64,000 bases of DNA, taken from Callorhinchus milii. Its lineage: Eukaryota. Where the stretch lies: NCBI RefSeq assembly GCF_018977255.1, contig NW_024704742.1, forward strand, positions 620,001 to 684,000. The letters run 5' to 3'. Under the pieces are notes generated by a model that was not told where the DNA came from, did no database searches, and saw nothing but the letters and a program-made list of their open reading frames with translations. Both the position numbers and the translations under genes were made by a program. Within the stretch, counting starts at the first letter, position 1. Every line of letters begins with the position of its first letter. Shown here in pieces: positions 1 to 13,900 of this stretch.

Positions 1-2319
1 ATGAATAATTCATTTTGAACCATCTATTTTTGAAACCGAAAGATTTCAAGACTCAATAACTCACATTTTCCATACCGGCTCAGCACACTCATCGCTGAGG
101 TGAAAGAAACTTGTGAATCCAGGAGAGTTGAAAATCTTCAATAGGTTTTGATGAAGGATCTAACCTGCAATCCTAAACTTTCTTTCAAATTCTAATATAC
201 AATAATAGTAATACATTTACGTTCCCCTTATCGTATTCTTTCACAATTTAAAAAAAAAACCTTATCGGGTACTTTATACTTTGCAGCTAACGGACACCCT
301 GACAAGGAATTCTTCAATGTTTAACGGTCGATTGTGAACCATATTTTTATTAACACTGAAATTGAAGACTGTGCTGGAACATGGCAAATACTCTCAGCTG
401 CACATCCGTAGAAATCTTCTTAGTCTTTTCAGTTTGTCTGTTCGAACTGTTTTTCTGTTGTTCGCTACCAATTGGCAGACTTACTCAAGAGAGGCGGCAG
501 GCACTGTTTGAGTGGTTTGAAAGAGCGAGGTGAACTCTAGAGATTGACTGAAATTGGCAAGCTTACACCGAGCTTACACTGGAGTTTGGAGAGTGGTTTT
601 GTTCCATCTTGGTGTTGTGGTAAGCCACGGTGGCCAAATATTTGATGCAGCGTAATTTGCACACCGAGGAGGTTTTCGTTTGTTATTCCACAATTAGTAA
701 TTAATGTAGGAATTTTACTTGGGAGACTGTTCGTTGAGGAACGGCATTAAATTGCCTCGCGGCAAACCAAGTTGATTAAAAACACTGTTAAACAAGGTGC
801 GCTGCTATTTCAGTGTGATTGCACATATGTTTCGTCATGTTATGTAACAATTGGTGCTAGTCATATACCTGCCAGGAACTGACAAATGGCATCTGGTGGT
901 TTAACTTGACATATTTAATTATTAATGTGCAGTGTCATTTGAAACTTGCTTTAGTCTAACATTTTAAATGCAGTGTAGAGTGTTTCCACAACTCCTCAAA
1001 AATGTTTTTGCTGTCAGGAAACATTCCCACTCCCCCACGGTGCAAATCAGTTGGCACAGGAACAAAAAAAACTTATCGTGTGAAGCATTTTGAGGCGTTT
1101 CAATATCAGAAGGTGCTACAATATTTATTGCAGGGATTAACTGCATACGCCATATACACAATTGCTTAAATGTAATACTGTATTGAGTCAATTTGTGAAG
1201 AGTGCATGTGGAGCTTTTTTGGTGAGTGACCCAGTGATGCTTGAGGGGGGTGGGGGGGTGGGAAGAGGGGAGATGGAAGCTTCAGATAATATCTTTTGAT
1301 GTCGCATCTTTTGATATGATGATATGTAGCTTTACAATAACAAGTAACTTTTACTGTAGAACAGTAAAATGTTCTACAATACAGCATCCCTCCAGTGTTG
1401 CGTGTGTACAATGCCTTCAGAGGTTTTCTGTGAAGAGCAGTGACTGTAACTGTAGGCAAACACGGCAGTCAATTTGCACACAACAATGCCCCGCAAACAT
1501 ACCATGAAGTGAATGACCAGTTATTTTTAATTTGGGAAATTTGTTGGTCAGGACACTGCGATAAACTCCCTTCTCCGAATAGTGCCGTAGGATCTTTAAC
1601 GCCCACCTGAACAGAAGATGGGACCTCAGTTTAACATTTCATCCAAAAATATGTTACGTTGAGGGTAATACAGTTTACCCCCAGCACTGCATTTGCTCTA
1701 TTCCTTCTCCAGAGAAGCTTGAAGTCTGTGGGTTTGAAACCGAATTAAAATGTTAAGCAACATATCATCATCTTCCATTCCAGTTGCCTTTAAAACTCTT
1801 GTTGGCAGAACATGGTGTCCCAGTAAACGTTGTCCAACTTACCAGTGGTCAGTTGTTTTTCTAAGGCCTCTTAACACAGTACCCTTATGGGGAGAATACA
1901 CTCAGTACAAATTAAAGTGTCCATTGGATTGTTTTTTGTTCAAAATCGGAAAAGTCTCTGCTTACACGCACGTGAATTTATTTGTTGTAGAGTAAATCCA
2001 ATATCAATCTATTCAATCTATCCTAATCTTGTAACTTTGTTTTTCTATCCCTAACTCATGGTTTGATTCCCTAACCTAATTCTAACCATGTTTGGAGTCT
2101 ATTCTGCGTCATGAGCACAGAGGAATTTCTGCATGCGCTTCATTCCATAATTGACAGCCAATGACATTTGGTTCGAGACATCGCTGATAAGTCAGTGGAT
2201 GACTTTAAAGCACAAGAGAATTGCTCTGTGCTGTTTCTTCTCCCCTCAGGACAATTTTTACAAAATTGGCACATCTTTTCAAACCTTCGCTTCACGTATT
2301 ACAATTGTTTTTGTTCCAG

Positions 2320-2423
2320 TTAAACTTCAGCTACAAGCAGAAACTGTAGGAGTGATATCGATCAAGGGGGTCTGTGCGAACCGTTACCTTGCTATGAACG
2401 AAGATGGGAAACTGTACGGCTCA
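2320..2423 (+). CDS. FGF2: Fibroblast growth factor 2, coding exon 2 (104 nt)
   Basis: ttccag|TT AAA CTT CAG...GGC TCA|gtaagt. Translates KLQLQAETVGVISIKGVCANRYLAMNEDGKLYGS, matching FGF2 (human KLQLQAEERGVVSIKGVCANRYLAMKEDGRLLAS). Joins exon 3 in frame. Confidence 0.97.
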
Positions 2424-2577
2424 GTAAGTATGATGCAGTGCTTGCTCCCCTCTTTTTTAATTGTTGTATTTTATTCTTTTCTTTATGTTCTTTTGACCGT
2501 TCCTGCTTTTTCGTTTGGATTAAATTGAGTTGGGCTGGGGGGGGGGGGAATGGGGTCTACGGGCTCCTTGATTTCCC

Positions 2578-2640
2578 GGGGGAGGGAGGGAGAGGGGAGG
2601 GAGGGAGAGGGGAGGGAGGGAGAGGGGAGGGAGGAAGAGG
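2578..2640 (+). repeat. 15-bp G-rich tandem repeat (GGGGAGGGAGGGAGA) x about 4
   Basis: Read directly. Confidence 0.9.
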
Positions 2641-4292
2641 ATCCTGCTATTATTCTGACTATTCTTTCTCATGGTGGTAAAAGAAATTTGGCGAAGTATG
2701 TCTGCCTATTCTGTAAATAAGCAGGTCATTTGATGACCCGAAAGTCTTTTTGTAAAAGGAATCCATCAAAGCACTGGGAGCAAATTGGCCAGATATGTGC
2801 AGCGAGACCAGGTGTTGTGCCTCTTTATTAGTGCGGGTTGGGATTGTGTGGCTCAGAACCACTGTGTTATAAAGGAACTCCACTGCTTGGTGGTGTGCCA
2901 CAGAGAGCAGGTATAATTCTCTGCTCTGACATTCATTGACATTCCCTAATAATAATCCTCCAAAACCAAAACCAATAATAAATTGGCCATTTTCAATCTA
3001 CGACTGTTTGTGGGACATTGCTGTGCGCAATTGGCTGCCGCGTTCGCCCATAAATATACAGTCAATTCACTTTACAGTGTGTTCTCTGAAGCGCTTTGGG
3101 ACGTCCTCCCGACGTGAAGAGCGCTATATCAAATGCAACGATTATTATTATTATTATTCCTTCTCTCTAATTGCTGGGTCATGTGGGAACACTTATACGG
3201 TGCAGTGACACTGGCATTTTCTGCCCCCTCTCTCAGAAACACACGCCTTGGCATTGTGCACCCCCCGAGACAGTTGGAAAATGCCACACTTGATGTGTTT
3301 CTGCTTGTCAGGGATTTCTTTAAAAAAAAGAAACCTGTGTTCCTCTCGCTGAACAAGGCTTAAAAGGGCAGAGATGTGACCTGTTTCCAGACTGCACCTT
3401 CTTGTGGTGTTTGTGGAATAAATTGGGAACTTTATTATCTTGGCCACGGTATAAAGGTTGATGCTGAATATCGGGGATACAGAAATGAAAAACCTGTTTG
3501 AGTACTTTATCTCTTACTTTTGTTCATCGGCGTCCACACACTCACTCCTACTGCCGTACAAAAGTCTGCAAAAGAAAAAGGAAGAAGAAAAAAAGTCCTC
3601 TCCTTCCCTCTGTACACTGGCTGAACCAGCATAGTATGTCCCGCAGTAAAAGCCATAGTTGACCCTCCGCCCATGCTGTTGGTGAAGCGGCCTTCAGGTG
3701 GGACATGGTATTTATCGTTCCAGCAACAATCTGAGTGTCTTGAGTTTATCTTGGACTGCATCACTGAGGGAGGAACTGGCTGTTTGAACCATATTTCCGT
3801 GCCAACAAACTGTGTGGCACGCAGAGCACACTTGGATGGTTTTCCGAATATTCATTTGGAACTTGCACGTCCGTCGCGAAACCCAATGGACGGGCCGACA
3901 TTTGCAGCAAGAGTCCCATAAATGAACTACAGGGTGTCCACAAAGTCACGTTACCTCCCCCTTCCCACCACCACCCCGTTACAAAACAGTGACGTGAGAC
4001 TACGGAAGAACTCAAACAATTTGTCACTTGGTTAAAAGTGAAATTTTCAAATGTTTGATAATCGCCTGCTACCAATCGTGTATATTCACTGACACGACAT
4101 CGCCTTTGGATAGTGCTGCATTCTAACACACTATCTGAATCACACTACCACACGTTGCCACACGCTACCACACTCGCGGGGTCTGGTTTGCACCTTAAAC
4201 TTGCAGACTTCTTTTTTTTAAATCTTCACTTCCAAACATAGCAAGTGCGGCTGGTAATGCGGTATTATTTTACACACACACACACACGCACC

Positions 4293-4515
4293 AAGTGTGG
4301 TGGAAATCTGGAACTCTCTCCCCCAAAAAGGCTGTGGATGCTGGATCCATTCAAATCGTCAAGGCTGAGGTGGATAGATTTTGATTAGATAAAGGGTATC
4401 GAGGGATATGGGACAAAGGCGGGTATTTGAAGTTGAGCTACAGATCAGCCATGATTTAATGGAATGGCAGAACAGACTATGATGGCTACGGTGGTCTACT
4501 CCTGTTCGTATGTTT
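4293..4515 (+). mobile_element. CR1-type LINE 3' end fragment
   Basis: Decayed WNSLP...AV.A...FK.E.D.F motif of the CR1 ORF2 C-terminus followed by the typical GATCAGCCATGAT...GAATGGC...CTACTCCTGTTC 3'UTR. Confidence 0.75.
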
Positions 4516-5816
4516 GTGCTGTACCCACAGATGTGAAGATTTGCATCCTCGTCTGATTTGGGTTTTTTTTTGAAAAAGAAATCGAACCAAGCAGGATTTT
4601 GTTTTTGAAAACCTGCAGGCCCCAGAACATCTGTGTGCATAAATTATTATGGAAGGAAAATTTCTATGGATTGACGTTTGGAATCACATTCCACAATTGA
4701 TTCAAAGACCACCTGTGATTTGGGGCATCGCTCCAGGTGCCCTTTAAATTCATTGAACTCCCTAACGTATTCTGAATCATCCATATCTGCAAAAGTGAGT
4801 AATTTGCTGGCAGGGCGGTATTTTATTCTGAAATAGTCTATGTGAATATGTGCGTTGGAGCGCTGCAAGGGTAGGTCATTTTTAAAAAAATAACTTACAT
4901 AAAAAAAAATAAAAAAACGAGGTCACTACACTTTACAATACATTTTCCGAAGCGTTTTGAGACATTTCAGCCACGTGATGAGGCTTTATGAAGTGCGAGG
5001 ATTATTATATTTTAAGCGGAGATACCAGGTAGTGTGGGTGCTGAACTTGTGAAAGGATGAGTGGGGGGTCAATGCTGAATTATTTAGCACTTCTTGAGTC
5101 AGCTCCGAAAACAATACAATTGGTGCAATGTGAGACTGGAAGGTGTTGAATACTCAATTAGGATTAATTGGACAATTTGAGGAGGAACCAGTGAAAGGAA
5201 GTAGAAAAGGACACTAGGAGAGGGACAAAGGGTGTGCGATGTAGAGTGTTGTTTTATTCAGAATTTGGAAAGACAAACTAAAGAAGCTACTAACACACCT
5301 GTGACTTCGAGTGAGTTATGTTACAAAAGATTTGCTCTTAAAAGAGCCAGCACTCAATGGGCCAAATGGCCTTCTTCTGTGCTGTAAATTTCTGTGGTTG
5401 TAAAGTCAGTAGTCAGATAATTAAAATGTTTTGCTATTGTTCTGTTTTTAAAAACAGATCTCCTATTGTAAGTAGAAATGAGGTCGTTATGATGGCATCT
5501 TAGGAACAACTAGAGTATTGTAGCATTTTTTATAGTCTCATTTCTGGGTGTATGGGTGTAACAGTGATTTGTTTTCCAGTGAATTATGGCCGTATAAGTT
5601 CTGGTGTTACCATGAGTAATCTTATATGAGCCTTGTTTTTCTTCCAAAGCACTAAGCTTGCAGATGGGTGATGGTCTGTTTAATGGTATTCCAGATGAAT
5701 GCTCTCACTTTCCCCCCCCCCCCCCCCGCCTCCCGCAGAAAAGAACCTTTGCCTTATCAAAGCTCATCCATTGTATTACTGGGTAAGAGTACTGCTTGGT
5801 GTAAAAGCCAAGGCGA

Positions 5817-6215
5817 GTGTCAGCCTGCTTTAGTTGGTAGCACTCTTGTTTCTGCGTCAGAAGGTTATGGATTCAAGCTAAACATCAAGACTCTGAGCTG
5901 ATGGTCTGGGCTGATGCTCTAATGTAGTGCTGGGGAAGCACTACATTGTTGGAGGTGCTTTCCTTTCGATCAGACGTTAAGCCAAGGCTCTCCCTGTTCA
6001 GGTGGATGTTAAAGATTCAACCACTACTTGTAAAGAGAGGGATTTCTACCAGAGTCCTGACCAACAATTACCCCGGGTTGAAATTGGTCACTCACTTCCT
6101 GGCTGTTTGTGGAACATTGTTGTGTGAAAATCGGCTGCCAGATTCGCCCACAATTACAGTCATTACACTTTATCAGAAGACATTTTGACGTGATGAGGTG
6201 CTATGTCAAATTCAA
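5817..6215 (+). mobile_element. SINE family B (DeuSINE, SacSINE1/AmnSINE1-like), diverged
   Basis: tRNA head GTCAGCCT...GTTGGTAGCACTC...GTCAGAAGG, Deu motifs CCTGTTCAGGTGGATGTTAAAGAT and GGCTGTTTGTGG. Confidence 0.8.
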
Positions 6216-7569
6216 AATTTTTTTAAGACCATATCGCCCAGTGTAATATAAAACACTTTTGTCACTAATCCTGGTCTATGGAAAGTTGCCTGATCTCAGC
6301 CAAGGGCCACAGTGGATTGTTACAATTGGTCTCGGCCCCATTTTATTACATAATTATAGCGCTTAATATAAGATCTCTGGGACGCTACCCTGCATGAGGG
6401 GCGCTATATGAATGCAAGTTGTTGTGGTTATTTTTTCTCTTCCCCACTCCCCACCCTCCCCAGGCTATGGAAGTGAAAATTCAATTGAACGATTGCAACT
6501 CAGTGACTCTTACATACATGCACAGGTACATTTGCGGAAAGAGCGCCTTTGGAGGTAAAGAGCAATTACCGCACGTAAGTGACACCCACCCTACAGGATC
6601 TCTGATCTGACCTGAATTTCCATACAGCCAGTCGGATAAGATGAAAGTGTTTTTTCTACTGGCTGTGAGTACCATGTGGAATGATTTGGCTACTCACTGA
6701 GTTAGGATAGCATTAAGCTTGACTGATGCCCTCAGCAAACCTATAAGTTGTTGTTGTTGTTGTTGTTGTAAGTGTACTCCTGAATTGGCCACCACATTTT
6801 GCAGGTGGAAAGAGAGAGAGATCATAAAGTAGAGACCTACCTGCTCATTGGAGCTAGAATTGTGACCTGTATTTAACCGGTTGTAGCTTGTTAAACTCGG
6901 TTAAAAGTGTCAAATGTCTATTTTTCCCCTTAAAGAGAGCAAAATCTATCGGCGAGCTGATCACCTGCACTCATTTCAATACCCTTCTAGAAACCCACCT
7001 CTGTGACCGTACCAAGCATCTTACCCCAGTTTTCCATCTCGTTTGGGTTTCCATTCCACCTCTTGTAAAGGGCTTCCAGTCGTGGACGTATATGAAAGGC
7101 GCCATATAAGTGCAAGTTGTTAAGGAAAATGCCTGCAATAATATCAGTTTCTATGCTGTTAAAAAGCTTAAATACTACAGGGTATTTGAATAGCCTCACT
7201 TCATGTTACATTTCTGTAGGTAGGGTTTAAAAGCCATCTGCTTTGTAAATATTTACAATGGCAGTAAAGTAAAGACAACATGCTGAAAACTGTGAGCCGT
7301 ACACAGACTAACATTTGTCTAGTGGATAAATCTCAAAAGCTTAACTGTGTTGATTTACAAATTAGTGGGATTTTCAGTAATATTGTGGAAAAAGTAGCAA
7401 CATATTACAATTTTCTGTTGTAATTTCACGTTCCATACTTTGGTTCTGGATTAAATACTTACAAGAACAATTTTTTTTTTTTGTTCGGGAAAGTTCTCCC
7501 CCTGCAAGAGCTGTATGTAACTTTCCTGCTTTTTATATTAAAAAAATGCTATTTATTTTTCTCCTCTTT

Positions 7570-7946
7570 GTGGAGTCCTGTAGCTCAGTGGTTGGAGCGC
7601 TCGCCTTGCAAACGTGAGGGCCTGGGTTTGATTCCCAATCAGGGCGAAAAGTTGGGCAAGTTTCCTTACTCCACACTCCTCTGTTTACCCGGCAGTAAAT
7701 AGGAACCTGATTGTTAGTCAATTGGTGATTGCTTTTCTGGGGGTGATAATCCCTTCTTTAAAAAAATGAATAATAATTTGGTCACTCAATCCACGGCTGT
7801 TTGTGGGGACGCCGCTGCGCGCAATTGGCTGCCGCGTTTAGACCACAAATATACAGTTAATTCACTTTACAGTGTATTCTGTGAAGCTCTTTGAGACGTC
7901 GCAGCGACGTGATAAGGCGGGATATCAAATGCAAGGATTATTATTA
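7570..7946 (+). mobile_element. SINE family A, full length (tRNA head, CORE-like middle, Deu-type 3' half, (ATT)n tail)
   Basis: A box TAGCTCAGTGG, degenerate B box GGTTTGATTCCC, then GGGCAAGTTTCCTTACTCCACAC, then GCGCAATTGGCTGCCGCGTT and ...ATCAAATGCAAGGATTATTATT. Confidence 0.85.
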
Positions 7947-10900
7947 TATTAAACTACTGCTTTAGTTTTTCAGTTTGTGTATCTGCTGCTTCAGGTGGTC
8001 AGTCTGCCAGCCCCCAAATCTCCGTTTGTGTCTGCTTTATTTTTGTTATTTCCAGGCATGAGGTACTGTACTGTCTTAAGTAATGTTCTGAGTCGATTTT
8101 TATGTTTCTTGTCGTCCCTCTACCTTCTCCACTCCGCTGTCGTCCAGTATAAAATAAAATAAAAATAGAGTAAAATTTCTGGTCGATAAATCAAACATTG
8201 TACATGTAATGCAGCCATGAGCTACAAACTCCTTCATCTGTCATAAAAATCCTGTTGGTGGGGGGGGGAAAAGATTCTTAACTTAAAACTTTTTTTTAAA
8301 AACAAGAAACTTTTGATACAGGGTCAAGTTGCCTGGTGAATGGAGCAGATATTTGCAGACAGAGCTCTGGCAATGTTCCACTGGCTGCTGAAGGTGCAGA
8401 GTGTCCTATACAATCTTTCTTTCCGTCCATGCGAAATCTCACATTTCCTGACTCGTCTCCATCTTCGCTCTCCCGTCTTTACTCGTCGTCTTCCTATCAC
8501 GAGAAGAGAAAAAAAGAACAGTTTAGGCTTCGTTTTTTAGACGCAGAGTCGTTGGGATTTGGAATGCCCTGTTAGGTAAGGTGGTAGAAGCAGAGGCCAT
8601 TGTGGATTTCAAGAGGGAAGATATATACTGATAGGAAGGGTAGAGGTTTGAAGGAGTATGGGGGATAAGGCAGGGCAGCGTGCGGTCTTCTCTTTTCCAA
8701 TTAGAGCCAACCCACCATCTTCTGCCTTCTCTCATAACTTGGATTCCTCATACCTGGAATTTGGCATTATTACTGCAGACATTTTTTTTTAAAGAAAAAC
8801 ATAATACGTCAGCCTGCGATCCTAATGTGCGCTGGGGAAAGGCTGGGAGCAAATATGCTCTGCAGAAAGCTGCCTGGATAGTGAGAGAGAGAAGCTAATT
8901 GTTTAACTGAGGAATATTTTTTATATTTCTCGTGACAGTAAAATAAATTTTGGAAAACTGCACATGTAAATTTTTACCATGTCTGCTGCTATGTGTTTTG
9001 TGTTGAGCCTGAGAAGAGGAAATAAGCCTTGACAATTGAAACCAAAATACTAGAAACCAAATTTCCTGAGGGGTAAAAGAGGCAAGATTGATTTTAATTT
9101 TAAAACAATAAGCATTAATTGGTCATTGTAGTCCCGAATCCTTGATTACTCTCAATGGGGAAAAAATCTCCCACATGTAATGAGGTTTTACACAATGTAC
9201 TTAAAAAAAAGAGAATAAACAGAGCACGTGCTAATCAAAATCTGTCCAATGGATGCGCTCTGAGACGCTATCCTGAGGGAAGGGCGCTATATAAGTGCAA
9301 GTTGTTGTTGTAGGCACAATGCCTATCAAATCTCAGGATTTAATTAAAAGCACCAAGGTTAGACCAGATAAGTGCAGTGAAGGTCTGCCTTTATTTTTTT
9401 TAAGAAAAAAAATATAAAGTAAACAAAAAAACTTGCCCCAATGCTGCTAGATGCTGAAGCTTTGGTCAACTAATCCAACCTATCCTGAGTTTTTTAAATT
9501 GTCCCATTTTCCAACTGAGTTTGGCAATGTGTCAGGCCCTGTAGACAAGATGTGGAGTCTGCCAAAACTTTCTTAAGGCCTTAAATATGCTTAGCCACCA
9601 ATTTCAAATATTAGCAAGGCTGTAAGCCAAGCAACTGACAAACATTCCCAACCTCCTGCTCTCCTTAGAGCAGAGCATTCACATATATGCCAGGGTTAAA
9701 TCAAGGCAGAACTAGCTACCAACTAATTAAATTTTTTGTGTACTGGTTATGATATCTTCTGCCTCGTTTTTGTCATCCTTGAAATGGAAGCTCAGCTCAT
9801 GTGGTGTTCGTTAGTGTGTGTATCTGATAATTTCTCAATTCTTCCATGAAATGCCTTCCTATCATGGTGACATTTACCATTTTCATTGAGTTTTTGTTTC
9901 TTCCTGAGTAGTCCTACTGCAGTCTTACAGCTGACAAAAAAGGCTGTAGCTTTCACTACTCGTCCCACTTCATAAATGCATCTGCAGTTTGACATTTTGC
10001 CAGTAGATCCCTCTTTGTGTTGGGTGTACAAGAACTTGGAACTGTCAAGTGAAGCATTTTTTAGATACTTTCTCCCACACTAACCTTTCAGCTGCATTAT
10101 TGCACTTAGAAGCTCCAGTGAGCAAATCTCTTATAGCCATCGAGTTTTGGGTCTCAACCCCCTGATGAGGCAACTTCTGTGGCAGTCTGAGAGACTGTCA
10201 TGTTCACTGGCTCCTCCAAACTTTGGATGACTCATTGTTTTCCAATGTTGGGATAACTTTTCACTTCACGCTTCTGATCAAGTAGCTGAGCCTGAAGCCT
10301 TGATCAGCTGTAGGATCATAGTTCATTGGCAGTGCCTCCTTGCTGCTTTAGAGGGTTTGTATTGCTGTAACTTTGATGATGCATGCTCCAGGGTCATATG
10401 ACTGGCAAGATCTTCCTCTTTGACCACGTCTTTGGGCACACTCCTACCCTACCTGCCATCAACCCCTCCTGATCCCAACCCTCAGCTCAGGTCCAGATCC
10501 CTGACTGCTTCTCTGGATGTGAAAGGTGCTATGCAAATGTAATTTGTTGTTGTTGCTGGTGTTTGTGTTGGTATCTTTAGGTATTATGATTATCAGTTGA
10601 GTTATGTTAGAAGCAGAGCATAAATTTATGATTTGATGAAGAACATGATTTAAACATGTACATTGTGTAAAGCATGATGCTTCCACCCTGCCCTCTGCCA
10701 TCTCACTTGCAGCCATATTCCTGAGTAAGAAGGAGTTGGCTTGGATCCTTTTGGTAAAAACAAAAGTTGAAGTCTGATCTCTCAATTGCCTGTAAATGCT
10801 CTTCACTTCCTGTCAATAAGGCTTAGTTGATTTATTCAAGAGACTTTGGCAAAATTTAGGCCTTGTGGCTGCTTTCTCAGCTGCCTACTATTGACCTAAG

Positions 10901-13900
10901 CAGAGATCTGCATCCTTCCTGGGCGTAGGTGCCAATCCCAGTGTTGGGATTTGGCTGGAAAGCTCAATGCCAGGATCTGAGCCTTTTCTGATAATGAGCT
11001 CTTCATTTATGTTCCAGTGCCAACCTCCATATCCTGGAATGTAGTGTGACTCAAGTCAATGATAGCACAGTCAGTCAGCAGACAGATAGCTCATCGTAGT
11101 GTGTTTTGTTTCTGATTGGGACCCGACATAGTGAGTTTCCATTGAGGATACCTTCTTGTGGAAATCATGTTAGCAATAAGAAATCTACCATAATCTTCTC
11201 CTTTTCTGAGTTTTGCTTTCCTTCAAAAAAAAACACACACATACTTTACGCTTCCTTCTGTAGGTTGGAAGGAAGTCTGCAGACCTACAGCCCCTCCTGG
11301 AATTGATATAGAAACCCAAAATGACTGTCCTTCAATTGTGAACCCCAGACCCAAGCATTGTTAAAACTATGGAAGCAAGGAGTGGCGTTTCCAATCCAGA
11401 GCAGATGGTGCTCGTATCAGCAGTTTGTGGGAAACGAGTCACTTAAAGTTTCTATTCAGAGAACCATGGTTCTTCTTCAGTGGATGAGTTTTGTGCTTGG
11501 GAGTTTTCAAATTACTCAAAAATCATTGTTTTTCTTGGACTCCCCCCGCCCCCTGCTCATTTTCAGGCTAATATGAATAGACAGTCTTTCTTTACAAAGA
11601 ATTTAGAGGCAAATTTTCTGCCTTAACCAAAAATAATTACATAAATTTTAGCCTCTTTAAATTTTAAGATTGTGTTTAATTTTTGGAAAATGTTTTGGAG
11701 TTTTTACCTCACATTTGGGAGTATGGTCTAAACTCTTCAACCGTTGGGCTTTCTTGGGATTTCCAGAGTCTTAACTGCTTAAATAGTAATTCTGAACAAT
11801 CTGCATAATTAACTCAATGAACCAAAGAAAGTGTAATTCTATTTCTTTCCAAACTTAAAAAGCTTTTGTTAAAACAAAATGCTAATTCATCCCAGTTGGA
11901 TCTGCAGGCAAAGTACATTCAGTAAATGCATTGACTGTCCTCAACTCTGAATGCTGCTGGAATTGGCTCATTGCTTTATTTACTATGGAGTCTAATAAAC
12001 TGGCTCCAATGTTTCAGCTGTATATAAAACGATTCTGCAGAGATCTATTATTGCCAATGTTAGTTTCTCCATTAATGATAGTGCTGCAGTCTTAACAACA
12101 CAAAGTTACAAAACTGGAGAACGTTGCAATGAAAGCATCACTGCACTTTCTTGGTTTGAATATAAACTTGCTCTGTTTGTTATTGGTTGATTCACGGCAG
12201 TTGAAATGATTTCAGATGTTACTGCTTTATTTGTAGTTAAATGTTGAAGAACAAGATGAGGAAAGCCATTCCTGGTAATGGAGCATTTTTGCACTTTTGG
12301 AAGTCATTATCATCATTAGAGAATCATCTGGTTTGGTTGCTTTGTGGGCCACATGCAGACTTGGGGTAGACCTTCACTCGGTTGGCTCAGTTAAGTTGAA
12401 GTTTTTGTGAGTACTTTTCATAACCATTAAACTTATTCCATTATTTGGCATCTATCTACAACAATGCACCATGTATTTATTTACCTTCATGAAGCCTATA
12501 TATTAACTAGGTTGGCTACGTAGGAAAGGAATTCATGGCCGATTCACGTTGCGTTGCCTCAAACTCATTGGAGCAGAAAAGCTATCCCTGCTGTAGAGTT
12601 GCTTCAAGCCAAACACATTCAGAGCATTGGAAATTGGTCTGGTTACTTGTCTGGGGAAGGAGTTGGGGAAATGCCTGATTTGTTGCTGTATCAGAAAGAT
12701 TAAGCAGTTGTTGCGTGCCTTAGCATTGGTGTTTTATTTTTATAGTGCTGCTAACAGAAGCTAACCTAGAACCAGCTCCTATGATGGCCTGGATTAGTAA
12801 AGGCACCGTGCAGTTTAACACAGGCCAAGAGGTTGCATGTTTGTGTCCTGGCCTGTGCTGGGTTAAATGATGACTGCTGAGGCAGCATTTGGGGTGCTAG
12901 AATTGGCTTCGGGTTATGGAAGGGAAAGGCAGTTAGTTCCTGATCGGTATCTAATGACCCATGTTGGAAAATATGTTTATACAAGGCTCTGCAGTTTGGG
13001 AGATGTGGCCGGAATGTTATTTGTTGACAGGATTATGGCTATCCCTCGAGAAGGGATTGGTTCTGCCAATGCTGGTCCTGAATTGAAAGTTCAATTGAAA
13101 TGTGCACGAATAGAAGACGTCACGTTTAATTTTCACGTCTTTTCTCGTCTCCTTCAGTCAACGTCCTTGCCTGGAGCTCCCCTTTCTCTATAGGAATTCT
13201 TCCGTACAGAAATTTGAACCTCATCTGCCGAGAGCGAGTGGAATGGTTTTGGGGACACGAGAGGTGTTGACCTACAAGTGGTTTATGTGTCCTTGGTCAC
13301 CACCGTTTTGAAATATCTGACCTGGTTCCATTTCTTACAGCACAACACAGTATTTAGCTGTAGAATTGACGTACAGTTTTCAACACGTTTGGGCAAAAAG
13401 TCAACTTGTTTCAAACGTTTTGCATAGTCTGTACTTAAACCTGTATTGCCTTCCATTCATTTCTTACCTCGGAGACGGTAAGCAAAGTGGGTCACACGCT
13501 ACTAAATACAACGGATGCTGGAAATCATCTCTTGAAAATCTTCCCGATTGAGGTAATTGGTGTCCATAAAACAGTTAATATCTCCCTGAGGGACTCCATC
13601 TTCATTTTCAGCACTGGCTGCCTTTCTATTAGAAGAGAGATGTGTAGGAAACGCATGCGATTTTCCCTCGATATGTTGTTAACCTTGTTGGTCAGGTTAC
13701 ATTGGGGGGAGACTGTCTGGAACCTATTACAGCATCTGTAACTATTTTTTTCCATATTGTGCATTCTTCTCCGCTACACGATTACTTTGTTTCTCCCTTC
13801 ATGTGTTTTGGTTTCAAGTATCTGTTTTACATCTTGCCCTTTAGTATGACGTGTGAGAGGATAGGCTTAGCCCTTTTGAGGAAGGGTGAACGCGACAGAG

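Noticed and set aside
1..2319. FGF2 exon 1 and CUG-initiated extensions
   Set aside because: No matching coding sequence; this is the 3' end of intron 1.
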